Below, in pieces: positions 25,080-34,789 of a stretch of 64,000 bases of DNA. Each line of letters starts with the position of its first letter. Position 1 is the stretch's first letter. Position numbers and translations under genes: made by a program. Below the pieces are notes generated by a model that ran no database searches, was not told where the DNA came from, and was given only the letters and a program-made list of their open reading frames with translations. Source of the stretch: Shigella phage ESh21; the sequence record ON528731, one strand, 5' to 3'.

Positions 25080-25110
25080 CTTCTAAGGGTTCTTACGAGA
25101 GTCCTTAAAT

Positions 25111-25187
25111 GTGGCCTTATCATAAATGGATAATGACCCATGCTGTGAACATGGTCTATACGGGTTCGATTCCCGTAGGTCACCCCA
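25111..25187 (+). tRNA. tRNA-His (anticodon GUG)
   Basis: Anticodon stem CCATG/CATGG, loop CTGTGAA, discriminator C; no encoded G-1. Confidence 0.65.
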
Positions 25188-25193
25188 ATTCAA

Positions 25194-25270
25194 TAGCTCA
25201 ATTAGCTTATATGGTTAAAGCGCGTGTCTGAAAAACATGAGAACAGGGTTCAAATCCCGATGGGCTACCA
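25194..25270 (+). tRNA. tRNA-Phe (anticodon GAA)
   Basis: Loop CTGAAAA; T-stem weak; 3' boundary uncertain. Confidence 0.5.
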
Positions 25271-25285
25271 ATTTATAGGTGCATA

Positions 25286-26020
25286 ATGAAAGAGATGACA
25301 GGACAAGGTAAAGAGATTTTCAGTCTCCTTAAATCCGGTAACGGGTTCTCTAACCCTCTTATTACTGGTGCAGCAGTTCTTGGTGGTACAGTTGCTGCTT
25401 CTCAGTCATTAGTAACTTCTATTGGTTCTGTATCAGACCCAGCTACCCAGCAAATTCTTATTGCTGCTGGCTTGACAACTGCCTTACTAAGCAGCTTTAC
25501 AACAAGCCTTGGTAGCACCACTTCAACGACAACTACTTTAACTGACTATGGACAGAAGTCTGTAGATGAGTTTTCACAACGTATGCAAGTAGCTAAAGGT
25601 TACTCTAACGTTATGGGAGCAGCAGGTGAACAAGTCGGTTGTACACCGTTTAGTGGAATCATGGGAGTTGCTACAGAGTACGGTAACAAAGCTATGGATT
25701 TGATTAATACATCCATAGACGCTGTAAATGGCGTTCTAAGCGATTTACAAGATGCGATTGATAAAGGACTAGACACTATCTCTGAACTCGCTACACAAGC
25801 TGTTACAGCGATTAATGAGGGTATGGCAAAGATTACTGCCTACGCTAATGAAGTGGCTCAGATGATTGCAGATGAAGCAGCCCTGATTGCTGACTACCTT
25901 AAAACGAATATTAACGGTTTTCTTGCTAATGTCTTACCAGATTGGTTTGATGATGCTTGTAAAACTGGTGTGATTGATACAATCGCAACTCCAGAGATGA
26001 AAGATGCTCTAAACAAATAA
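25286..26020 (+). CDS. Hypothetical protein with Ala/Gly/Ser/Thr-rich N-terminal half
   Basis: 244-aa ORF between tRNAs. Confidence 0.55.
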   Translation: MKEMTGQGKEIFSLLKSGNGFSNPLITGAAVLGGTVAASQSLVTSIGSVSDPATQQILIAAGLTTALLSSFTTSLGSTTSTTTTLTDYGQKSVDEFSQRMQVAKGYSNVMGAAGEQVGCTPFSGIMGVATEYGNKAMDLINTSIDAVNGVLSDLQDAIDKGLDTISELATQAVTAINEGMAKITAYANEVAQMIADEAALIADYLKTNINGFLANVLPDWFDDACKTGVIDTIATPEMKDALNK

Positions 26021-26023
26021 TTT

Positions 26024-26116
26024 GGAAGATTAACCCTAAAAGGTAAGGGAGCAGTTTGCTAAACTGCCAGTAACCGAGAAATCGGCGTACCAGTTCAAGT
26101 CTGGTATCTTCCTCCA
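26024..26116 (+). tRNA. tRNA-Ser (anticodon GCU), long variable arm
   Basis: Acceptor GGAAGAT/ATCTTCC perfect, anticodon stem GCAGT/ACTGC, 93 nt. Confidence 0.7.
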
Positions 26117-26123
26117 AATTAAT

Positions 26124-26200
26124 GTGTCGGTGGCAGAAATGGATTATGCGCCTGTCTGCAAAACAGGTATATAAGGGTTCAAGTCCCTTCCGATACTCCA
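26124..26200 (+). tRNA. tRNA-Cys (anticodon GCA)
   Basis: Anticodon stem CCTGT/ACAGG, loop CTGCAAA, T-arm AAGGG-TTCAAGT-CCCTT. Confidence 0.65.
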
Positions 26201-26233
26201 ATTTAAATAATATCTCTCTCAAAGTTATTATAT

Positions 26234-26293
26234 GCCCTGCTATGAGTATTCTCCCTTTCGCTACCGGAGAGTATTTTTAGACAGGGCTTTTTT
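26234..26293 (+). terminator. Long hairpin terminator ending the tRNA array
   Basis: GCCCTG...CAGGGC with inner pairing, followed by TTTTTT. Confidence 0.55.
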
Positions 26294-26420
26294 GTAGAGT
26301 TATACTTTATGGGAAGACCTATACAGTATGTCTCTGGCATACATTGTGGTTTCTCCTTGACGGTCTCTGCACCGTCTTTTTTCAGGAGAATCACTATAAC
26401 TTTAATTTTGGAGAAATACA

Positions 26421-26627
26421 ATGAACGAGACTAATGTTTACAAAGAACTATATGAAACTCAGAAACAGGCTCAAATGCTTCAAGCAACTGTAATGGCTGT
26501 GGCTGAACGTTTAATTGTTGCAACTGGTATTAACCCACAAGAAGCAACGATGGATAAACTTCTTAATTTAGTAGATGAAAAGTTTGGTGTAGAACCTAAA
26601 CAGGAATCTGAAGAAGTTTCTGAATAA
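26421..26627 (+). CDS. Small acidic protein upstream of large terminase (possible packaging accessory)
   Basis: ORF in track; position only. Confidence 0.4.
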   Translation: MNETNVYKELYETQKQAQMLQATVMAVAERLIVATGINPQEATMDKLLNLVDEKFGVEPKQESEEVSE

Positions 26628-26648
26628 TTCTATTTGCAGAGGTGCTTA

Positions 26649-28250
26649 ATGGACTTAAATGTTATTAAGCAGAAGCGAGTGGAAGATGTAAGGAAAGTCC
26701 TAGCAGGTGAGTTGGGGCTTTCTGAAGAAGTAAAAGATATTATCAAATCCTTTGGTAAAGACCCCTCTAAATTCCTTCCAACTCAAATTCTGACTTTATT
26801 AAGATATACCCCAGACCAAGTAAGACTCATCTTTAAATTGATGACTGACAAGAACTATGTAGCTCCACAGCCTGGCTCTCAAGAGGTATTCTTGAATACC
26901 AATGCTGACTTGGTGTTATATGGTGGTGCTGCTGGTGCTGGTAAGACTGCTGCCCTTTTAATGGACTCTTTGAGATTCATTGATGACCCTAACTATAACG
27001 CTGTATATTTCCGTCGAAATACTACACAGTTACAAGGTGGTTTATGGCCAGCAGCTAAAAAGCTATTTGGTAAGTTTGGTGGAATCCCACACGAACAGAA
27101 AATGACTATTACGTTCCCTTCAGGAGCGACTATTAAGTTTACTTATTTGGAACTTGAAAAACACTCAGAAGGTCACCAAGGTATCGAATACTCAGCTATT
27201 TACTTCGACGAAGGTACACACTTCTCGGCTTCACAGATTTCATATCTTCAGACACGTTTGCGTTCTGGTGCTGAAGGTGACTCATATATGAAGATTTCCA
27301 TGAACCCAGATAGAGACCACTTTATTTACGATTGGGTAGAACCATTCCTAGATGAAGAAGGTTATCCAGACCCGTCTAAATGCGGTAGGATTCGTTGGTA
27401 TGTTATGAGTGATGGTGTAATGGTTTCTGATTGGGACAAGAATAAGATTCTTGAAATGTTCCCTCTAGAGATTCCTCAAACATATACCTTTATTTCTGGT
27501 ACGATTGATGACAACCCAATTCTTGATTTCTTAGAACCTAAGTATCGTGGTAAATTGGAAAATAACACACCAGTTAACGTTGCTCGTCTTCGTTTTGGTA
27601 ACTGGAAAGCTCGTGCAGAAGGTTCAAACTATTGGCAAAGACAATGGTGTGAGATTGTTGATAGTGTTCCAGCAGACGTATTTGATGTTCGTGCTTGGGA
27701 CTTAGCAGCAACATTACCCTCAGAAGTTAACCCTAATCCTGACTGGACAGCAGGTGTGAAAATGGGTAAATCTAAAAAAGATGGTTGCTATTATGTAATT
27801 AACGTAGTAAGATTTAGAGATAGACCTTCTGGAGTTGAAACACAAATTAATATGACTGCTGAAGGTGATGGTAAACGTACTGGTATTTTTATCCCACAAG
27901 ACCCAGGCGCTGCTGGTAAATCCTACGCAACATCTCTTATTAGAAAACTTGCTGAGAAAGGCTATAGAGCAAGAGCTAAACCTACCAATAAAGATAAAGT
28001 TACCCGTTTTGCGGGTTTCTCTGCTGCTTCAGAAGCTGGTCTTGTTAAAATTGTTAGAGGCTCTTGGAATGAAGCTTATTTCCAAGAACTAGAAGGTTTT
28101 TGTGGTGATGGTCGTACTAAGGATGACCAAGTGGATGCTACCAGTGATGCTTTCAACAGTCTTAATGAAGTTAAACTATTCAAGCCACCTTCAATGGGTA
28201 CTCATACAGATATTGTAAGAAGTAATCCATACGAAGGGCTGAGATTCTAA
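26649..28250 (+). CDS. terL: Terminase large subunit
   Basis: Walker A-like GGAAGAGKT; ~530 aa; followed by portal; start set to ATG 26649 with GAGG SD. Confidence 0.8.
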   Translation: MDLNVIKQKRVEDVRKVLAGELGLSEEVKDIIKSFGKDPSKFLPTQILTLLRYTPDQVRLIFKLMTDKNYVAPQPGSQEVFLNTNADLVLYGGAAGAGKTAALLMDSLRFIDDPNYNAVYFRRNTTQLQGGLWPAAKKLFGKFGGIPHEQKMTITFPSGATIKFTYLELEKHSEGHQGIEYSAIYFDEGTHFSASQISYLQTRLRSGAEGDSYMKISMNPDRDHFIYDWVEPFLDEEGYPDPSKCGRIRWYVMSDGVMVSDWDKNKILEMFPLEIPQTYTFISGTIDDNPILDFLEPKYRGKLENNTPVNVARLRFGNWKARAEGSNYWQRQWCEIVDSVPADVFDVRAWDLAATLPSEVNPNPDWTAGVKMGKSKKDGCYYVINVVRFRDRPSGVETQINMTAEGDGKRTGIFIPQDPGAAGKSYATSLIRKLAEKGYRARAKPTNKDKVTRFAGFSAASEAGLVKIVRGSWNEAYFQELEGFCGDGRTKDDQVDATSDAFNSLNEVKLFKPPSMGTHTDIVRSNPYEGLRF

Positions 28251-28262
28251 TAGGTAGAAAGA

Positions 28263-29729
28263 ATGGCAGATATCACAGAAACACAAGAAAGCCTTCCTCC
28301 ATTCAGAATGGGTGAGGTTGGGAGTCTTGGCCTTAAAGTTCGTTCAGGAAGAATCTATGAAGAACCTAGACAGGCTTTAAGATTCCCAGAAAGTATTAAG
28401 ACTTTCCAACTTATGATGCGAGACCCAGCAGTAGCTGCATCTGTGAACATTATTAAAATGTTTGTCAGAAAGGTTAACTGGAGATTCGTACCACCGAAGG
28501 GTAAAGAGAAAGATGCGAAGCTAATTGAAAGAGCAGAGTTCTTCAACTCATTAATGAATGACATGGAGCATGATTGGGCTGACTTTATTAACTCTGTTAT
28601 GTCATTCTGTACTTATGGCTTCTGCGTAAATGAAAAGGTTTATAAGAAACGTCAAGGTAAGAAAGGTAAATATCCTTCCAAGTACAATGATGGTTTAATT
28701 GGTTGGGCTAAGTTACCAATCAGAAATCAGTCAACACTGGATAAGTGGTATTTTGATGCTGACTACAGAAAAGTTACTGGAGTTAGACAGAACCTGAGAA
28801 ATGTCTCTTATATTACTGGTGCAATCAATCTTGCAGAACAACCATTGACAAGAAAACTCCCTAGAAGTAAATTCTTGCTATTCAAGTATGATGATGAATA
28901 TGGAAACCCAGAGGGACGTTCACCACTCCTTAATGCTTATGTACCTTGGAAATATAAGGTTCAGATTGAAGAGTATGAAGCAGTTGGTGTATCAAGAGAC
29001 TTAGTGGGTATGCCTAAGATTGGTCTTCCACCAGATTATCTGGATGAGAATGCAGAACCTGAAAAGAAAGCTTTCGTGAAGTATTGCAAAGATATCGTGA
29101 ATGATTTAATTGCAAATGATAGAGCAGGTATTATCTGGCCTAGATTTATCGACCCAGAAACTAAAGAAGATATCTTTGAGTTCTCATTAGTTTCTAGACA
29201 GGGTGCTAAGGCTTATGATACAGGTTCAATCATTGACAGATATTCTAAGCAGATTATGATGGCCTTTATGTCAGATGTTCTTGCTATGGGACAATCAAAA
29301 TATGGTTCATTCTCTTTGGCAGACTCTAAGACAAGCTTGTTAGCAATGTCTGTAGATATTCTTCTGAAGCAAATCAAGAACGTTATTAACCGTGACCTAG
29401 TAGCACAGACTTACGCTCTGAATATGTGGGATGACGAAGAACACGTTGAGATTGTTTATGATGATATTGAAACTCCAGACCTAGAAGCTATTGGTGCTTA
29501 TATTCAGAAGACCGTTGCAGTTGGGGCTATGGAAGTTGATAAGCCATTGTCTGATAAGTTAAGAGAACATATTGGTTTACCACCTGCTGATTCATCTAAA
29601 CCTGTATCTGAAGAATTATCTCCTAACACTCAAAGTCGTTCTGGAGATGGTTATAAGACTGCTGGAGAGGGAACTGCTAAGACTCCTTCAGCAAAAGACC
29701 CAAGTACAGCTAACAAGGCAAACAAATAA
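28263..29729 (+). CDS. Portal protein (putative)
   Basis: ~490-aa ORF immediately after terminase; acidic C-terminus. Confidence 0.6.
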   Translation: MADITETQESLPPFRMGEVGSLGLKVRSGRIYEEPRQALRFPESIKTFQLMMRDPAVAASVNIIKMFVRKVNWRFVPPKGKEKDAKLIERAEFFNSLMNDMEHDWADFINSVMSFCTYGFCVNEKVYKKRQGKKGKYPSKYNDGLIGWAKLPIRNQSTLDKWYFDADYRKVTGVRQNLRNVSYITGAINLAEQPLTRKLPRSKFLLFKYDDEYGNPEGRSPLLNAYVPWKYKVQIEEYEAVGVSRDLVGMPKIGLPPDYLDENAEPEKKAFVKYCKDIVNDLIANDRAGIIWPRFIDPETKEDIFEFSLVSRQGAKAYDTGSIIDRYSKQIMMAFMSDVLAMGQSKYGSFSLADSKTSLLAMSVDILLKQIKNVINRDLVAQTYALNMWDDEEHVEIVYDDIETPDLEAIGAYIQKTVAVGAMEVDKPLSDKLREHIGLPPADSSKPVSEELSPNTQSRSGDGYKTAGEGTAKTPSAKDPSTANKANK

Positions 29730-30229
29730 TGGCAGAAGTTATCTCTATTTCAAATGCTACTAGAGTGCATTCCTATAGAGGTGTCTTAATTATCACTGAT
29801 GATTTAACTATAGAGGCTGGCTCAAGAGTCAGCCTATCAGGGTATATTAGTGGTGGTGGAACCTCTGACGTTTTCACTATTTGCAGGTTACTTGATGCTC
29901 CAATGAACGGAAATCCGTTTATTTCAAACAATTGTAGCGAAATTGTTAAAATTCCATTTGACAGTTCATGCCTTTTGGGTGTAAAGTTATATAACTGTGA
30001 GAATAAACGTGTTAACGTTAATAGTGTTGAAGCTGCTTTCATTACCATTGATACAGCATTTCAATCTCCAATGACAGTAAACAAGTCTACTAACAGACTT
30101 GAATACATTTTTTCACAAAATGATTACAAAGTACTTGTCAAAGGTAAAGTTTATGATATGATTGTAAATGTGGTGGATGAATCTGGTAACCATTCAACAG
30201 TCCTTAAACAAAAAGTAAGGTTTAATTAA
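29729..30229 (+). CDS. Hypothetical protein
   Basis: ORF in track. Confidence 0.5.
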   Translation: MAEVISISNATRVHSYRGVLIITDDLTIEAGSRVSLSGYISGGGTSDVFTICRLLDAPMNGNPFISNNCSEIVKIPFDSSCLLGVKLYNCENKRVNVNSVEAAFITIDTAFQSPMTVNKSTNRLEYIFSQNDYKVLVKGKVYDMIVNVVDESGNHSTVLKQKVRFN

Positions 30230-30561
30230 TGGGAACATTAACTATTGATGGTAAGAATAAAATCCTAGCCACACTAACCCCGACGACTATTGTATTACAC
30301 AATGTAGACCCAACGGCAGACCCTACAGCAAATAAGGTTACTCAGCCAGTGGCTATCTTCTTTTCGGAACCTGATAATGGTCTAATTGCCTCAGAAGATA
30401 CGGTAAACATTACTGTTCCGGCTTCTGCAACGGTTTCACATTATAGCCTATGGGATGAGAATATCAAGTGCGTTGCAACAGGTACTTTGAGTAAACCTCA
30501 GTTCTTTGCTGAAGAAGGTATCTATGTTATCTCTTCAGTGTCCGTTGACTTAAACAAATAG
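30229..30561 (+). CDS. Hypothetical protein
   Basis: ORF in track. Confidence 0.5.
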   Translation: MGTLTIDGKNKILATLTPTTIVLHNVDPTADPTANKVTQPVAIFFSEPDNGLIASEDTVNITVPASATVSHYSLWDENIKCVATGTLSKPQFFAEEGIYVISSVSVDLNK

Positions 30562-30572
30562 GGTGAGTAATA

Positions 30573-31910
30573 ATGAGTTCGAATATCTTCAGGCTTGCTG
30601 ATAGATTGTTCAACCAACCTTTACTAGCCACTGAATCATTAGCTCACTCAGCAGCGACTTATGTAAATAACCGCTTGCTAGGTGAAGTACAAGCAGCAGT
30701 AAACTTCGACAAACCTAAAGGTGAAGCAAGAAGTCTTTTAAAAGTTAAAGATGATATTGCTATCATCCCTATTATGGGTGGCCTAACACATCGTATGACA
30801 TTTATGGATGCTATGTGTACTGGTGGTCTGAGTTCTTATGAAGGTTTACGCAGAGGCTTCGACGAAGCTTTAGCAGATGAATCTATTAAGACTATCGTAC
30901 TGCATGTTGACTCAGGTGGTGGTGAAGCGTCAGGTTGCTTTGAGTTGGCACGTCACATCATGGCTTCAAGAGGCCAAAAGAAAATTATCGCTTATGTAGA
31001 TGAGTTCGCTTGTTCCGCTGCATATGCTCTTGCATCTTCTGCCGAAGAAATTATTTCATCACCAGACGCAGACGTTGGTTCAATCGGTGTAATTATGGTT
31101 CACCAAGAATTAACAAAGGCTTTTGAAAAGAATGGCGTTACAATTAACGTTATTAAAGCTGGTGAGTTTAAAGGTATGGGTTCTCCCTTCCAAGCACTTT
31201 CAGAAGAAAGCAAAGAAAGACTTCAAAAGAGAATTAATGACACCTATTCAACCTTTACAGGTTTTGTAGCTGAATCTCGTAATCTCTCTGAAGAAGCTGT
31301 AAAGAATACTGAGGCGAATGTTTATTCTGCTCAGGAAGCTCTTGAACTTGGTTTAATCAATTCAATCATGTCTCAAGATGATTTCTTAAATTACTTACAA
31401 GGTTCTGAAGAGGCTCCTGTAAGTTTAAACGTTGACAATTCAGGTGAAGAAATGACTGAACAAGAAAAGCAAGAACTAGAAGCTTTGCGTCTTCAGGTTG
31501 CTCAAATGAAAGCTAAAGAACAGGAAGCTACTCTGTCAGATTTAACTGGCAAGATTTCTGCTTCTGCTGAAGCTTTTGGGTTTGATGCAAAAGAAGCTGC
31601 AACAGCTATTTTAGGTGCTGGTCTTGACAACCCTCTGAGTGTTCTGTTTATGAATGCTATGGAAGGTGCTAACCAGAAACTTAATGAAACTATCGCGTCC
31701 CATGCTTCTGCAATGTCTGAGAAGGACTCAGAAATCACTAAGCTGAAAGAAACTGCTGGTGCTGTTCTGGAACATTCTACAGCAATGGAAGAAATTGGCA
31801 ATAACGGTGAAGCAGATTTGGAAGAAGAACAAGAAGCTCCAAATGCTGATGCAAACACCGACCAACGCAAACTGGCTCTCCAGAATGCTTTGAAATCTCT
31901 TATCAAATAA
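30573..31910 (+). CDS. Prohead protease (S49/ClpP-like) fused to coiled-coil scaffold-like C-terminus
   Basis: IVLHVDSGGGE and ACSAAYALAS motifs typical of S49 peptidases; C-terminal half Glu/Ala/Lys-rich. Confidence 0.7.
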   Translation: MSSNIFRLADRLFNQPLLATESLAHSAATYVNNRLLGEVQAAVNFDKPKGEARSLLKVKDDIAIIPIMGGLTHRMTFMDAMCTGGLSSYEGLRRGFDEALADESIKTIVLHVDSGGGEASGCFELARHIMASRGQKKIIAYVDEFACSAAYALASSAEEIISSPDADVGSIGVIMVHQELTKAFEKNGVTINVIKAGEFKGMGSPFQALSEESKERLQKRINDTYSTFTGFVAESRNLSEEAVKNTEANVYSAQEALELGLINSIMSQDDFLNYLQGSEEAPVSLNVDNSGEEMTEQEKQELEALRLQVAQMKAKEQEATLSDLTGKISASAEAFGFDAKEAATAILGAGLDNPLSVLFMNAMEGANQKLNETIASHASAMSEKDSEITKLKETAGAVLEHSTAMEEIGNNGEADLEEEQEAPNADANTDQRKLALQNALKSLIK

Positions 31911-31922
31911 GGAACACAAATA

Positions 31923-32300
31923 ATGGCATATCAAGGTTTTACTAAATTAGGTGAAAGAGAACCTCTGAATGATATCATTCTATGGGAACAGATTACACCA
32001 ACTGGTCACTCTCGTAAAGAGTATGCTCCTGTAGCCAGCACAGAATACCGTGTAGGTGAAGTTCTGAAAGCTGACGGCTCTAAAGTAGCTGCTGGTCAAG
32101 AAGCTCAGGCTGACTCTGTTTGTATCGTAAACTTCTATGCAGACCTGCAACTGTCTTACCACGGTCAGTTGAAAGTTGTTGGCATTTACCGTGACGCTGA
32201 ACTGAAGGACATGCTTACACTGGAAGACAGTGTTGATGCTGCTGCTGTTAAGTCTGCCCTGAAAGCAAAAGGTATTGATTTCGTACCAACTGGCCTGTAA
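31923..32300 (+). CDS. Hypothetical head protein (possible decoration protein)
   Basis: Position between protease and capsid genes. Confidence 0.4.
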   Translation: MAYQGFTKLGEREPLNDIILWEQITPTGHSRKEYAPVASTEYRVGEVLKADGSKVAAGQEAQADSVCIVNFYADLQLSYHGQLKVVGIYRDAELKDMLTLEDSVDAAAVKSALKAKGIDFVPTGL

Positions 32301-32331
32301 TTAATAATAAGACATTCTGGAGAATTTTATA

Positions 32332-33438
32332 ATGGCATTAACTAATTCTGAAAAAAGCAGATTTTTCCTTGCTGACCTGACTGGTGAAGTCCAGTCTATC
32401 CCAAATACTTACGGTTATATTTCCGGTTTGGGACTGTTCCGTTCTGCTCCACAGACTCAAACTACTTTCCTGATGGACTTGACAGATTGGGATATCAGCT
32501 TGCTTGACGCTGTAGACCGCACTAGCCGTAAAGCTGAAACAAGTGCTCCTGAACGTGTTAAGCAGATTAGCTTCCCAATGATGTACTTCAAGGAAGTTGA
32601 AAGCATCACTCCTGACGAAATTCAGGGTGTACGTCAGCCAGGCACTGCAAATGAACTGACTACTGAAGCAGTTGTACGTGCTAAGAAGCTGATGAAGATT
32701 CGTACCAAGTTCGATATTACTCGTGAGTTCTTGTTCATGCAAGCCCTGAAGGGTAAAGTAATTGACGCTAACGGTGTTCTGTACGCAGACCTGTACAAGC
32801 AGTTCGATGTAACTAAGAAGACTATCTACTTCGACCTTGACAACCCGAACTCTGATATCGATGCGCACATTGAAGACCTGCGTATGCACATGGAAGACGA
32901 AGCTAAGACAGGTACTGTAATTAACGGTGAAGAAATTCACATCGTTGTTGACAGAACTTTCTTCAGCAAACTTACCAAGCATCCGAAGATTCGTGACGCA
33001 TATCTTGCACAGCAGACTCCTCTTGCTTGGCAGCAGATTACTGGTTCTCTAAGAACTGGTGGTTCTGATGGTGTTCAGGCTCATATGAACACATTCTACT
33101 ACGGTGGTGTTAAGTTTGTCCAGTACAACGGTAAGTTCAAAGACAAGCGTAACAAGACTCACACTCTGGTGAGCATTGACGGTGTGTCCGATGTTAATAT
33201 CGGTGTAGGTCACGCTTTCCCTAACGTTGCAATGCTGGGTGAAGCAAACAACATCTTTGAAGTGGCTTATGCTCCATGTCCTAAGATGGGTTACGCAAAC
33301 ACTCTTGGTCAGGAACTGTACGTATTCGAATATGAAAAAGACCGTGACGAAGGTATTGACTTCGAAGCTCACTCTTACATGCTTCCATACTGCACACGTC
33401 CTCAGTTACTGGTTGACGTTCGTTCAGATGCTGCTTAA
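32332..33438 (+). CDS. Major capsid protein, lambda gpE-like (putative)
   Basis: 368-aa ORF after protease-scaffold with GGAG SD; C-terminal pattern resembles lambda E. Confidence 0.65.
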   Translation: MALTNSEKSRFFLADLTGEVQSIPNTYGYISGLGLFRSAPQTQTTFLMDLTDWDISLLDAVDRTSRKAETSAPERVKQISFPMMYFKEVESITPDEIQGVRQPGTANELTTEAVVRAKKLMKIRTKFDITREFLFMQALKGKVIDANGVLYADLYKQFDVTKKTIYFDLDNPNSDIDAHIEDLRMHMEDEAKTGTVINGEEIHIVVDRTFFSKLTKHPKIRDAYLAQQTPLAWQQITGSLRTGGSDGVQAHMNTFYYGGVKFVQYNGKFKDKRNKTHTLVSIDGVSDVNIGVGHAFPNVAMLGEANNIFEVAYAPCPKMGYANTLGQELYVFEYEKDRDEGIDFEAHSYMLPYCTRPQLLVDVRSDAA

Positions 33439-33459
33439 TACAGATAAGGAGGGTTATTA

Positions 33460-33909
33460 ATGTGTTACACAGGCGACCCAGCCAATAACCCTCTTGATAG
33501 AGTTAGAATCCTCTGCACCGATACTGACAATAACGAATTACTTATTGAACAGTCGGTGCTTGAGTGGTTCTACCAAGAATCTGGAAAGGATGAAAAGAAA
33601 GCAGCCATCAAAGCTCTTAAATATTTACTCTTTCAAGTAGCCAAGATGGGAGATGAGAAAGTTGGTGGTGTTTATTTACGTAACTCTTCCAGATTCAAAT
33701 CTCTAAAAGCTGCATATGACGACCTAGTTAAAAGCTCTGTTAATGGAATCCCTTATGCGGGAGGTATTAATCAGTGCGACATTGATATGCGTCGTCAAAA
33801 TCCTTGCTCTGTCAAGAAATATACTGAATACGGTGATGCTGCACGTTATTATGGTAGAGATTACTGTGAACGTGTGAATGGTGTATTTGTTATCGAGCGA
33901 GATGAATAA
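33460..33909 (+). CDS. Hypothetical head-tail joining protein
   Basis: Position. Confidence 0.4.
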   Translation: MCYTGDPANNPLDRVRILCTDTDNNELLIEQSVLEWFYQESGKDEKKAAIKALKYLLFQVAKMGDEKVGGVYLRNSSRFKSLKAAYDDLVKSSVNGIPYAGGINQCDIDMRRQNPCSVKKYTEYGDAARYYGRDYCERVNGVFVIERDE

Positions 33910-34391
33910 TGGTTAAAAGGGTTATTCACCCCGCTAGAGCTAAATTAGTCGGGGCTATGAAGAACTTGCATACGGCTAATGCTCAAGTTGGGTATTTTCA
34001 AGAACAAGGTCAACATAGCTCTGGTTTTTCTTATCCTGCTTTAATGTATTTACACGAAGTTATTGGGGTTCCCTCTGCTTCTGGTAAAGTTTATCGTAGG
34101 CTGTTTGAAATTACTATGATGTTATCTCAACAGACCTTGTTAGAGCAGACTAAGAAGAATCTCTATAAGCAATTAAACAGTCTTAATACTGACCCCTCAG
34201 ATACTTTAGAAGCGTTTGCAAAGAGTGCTCAGAAAGCAATTAAAAGAGGTTTTGGTAATACGGCTATATTGCCTCCTAACGCTCCATCTACAGTTAAAAA
34301 GAAAGGCTTTAATGCCCCTCTTGTGGAAACTGGAGATTTACGAGATAACCTTGCTTATAAAATTTCTACAAAGAAAGGTATTAAGAAATGA
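33909..34391 (+). CDS. Hypothetical head-tail joining protein
   Basis: Position. Confidence 0.4.
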   Translation: MVKRVIHPARAKLVGAMKNLHTANAQVGYFQEQGQHSSGFSYPALMYLHEVIGVPSASGKVYRRLFEITMMLSQQTLLEQTKKNLYKQLNSLNTDPSDTLEAFAKSAQKAIKRGFGNTAILPPNAPSTVKKKGFNAPLVETGDLRDNLAYKISTKKGIKK

Positions 34392-34789
34392 GGCTCTTGA
34401 ACAGACACAGTTTTGTAGTTAAACGTAAGGTCTCTGAAGATGGTTATTACAATAACGATGGTGATTGGGTAGCTTCTCAGGATATTGTAGCAATTAACTG
34501 CAAAGGTAATATTCAACCTTATATCAAGGGTTCTGTAAAGAATGGTACTCAGATTGTTTTACCTGAAGGTATCAGATTAACAGATACAAGAATCCTTTTC
34601 ACTGTAGCTAAATTAAGAACGTCTGATGACGTTGATTGGACTGAATCTGACATTGTTATGATTGATGGACACGAATACGAAGTCTTCATGACGATGGATT
34701 GGTCTGAACAATTAGCTCACACATCCCATTATGAATATATCATCATTAGAAGGGATAAGATGAATGCAGTTAGAAACAGCAGAACTTGA
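34388..34789 (+). CDS. Hypothetical protein
   Basis: ORF in track. Confidence 0.45.
   Translation: MRLLNRHSFVVKRKVSEDGYYNNDGDWVASQDIVAINCKGNIQPYIKGSVKNGTQIVLPEGIRLTDTRILFTVAKLRTSDDVDWTESDIVMIDGHEYEVFMTMDWSEQLAHTSHYEYIIIRRDKMNAVRNSRT

Noticed and set aside
25926-26421. Minus-strand ORFs 25926..26222 and 26203..26421
   Set aside because: Antisense to tRNA-Ser, tRNA-Cys and the array terminator; no SD
26634-26648. TTG start at 26634 for the large terminase
   Set aside because: The ATG at 26649 has a well-spaced GAGG SD, whereas the upstream codons lack one
31502-33372. Antisense ORFs inside the protease and capsid genes
   Set aside because: Fully contained within well-supported genes on the opposite strand; typical chance ORFs
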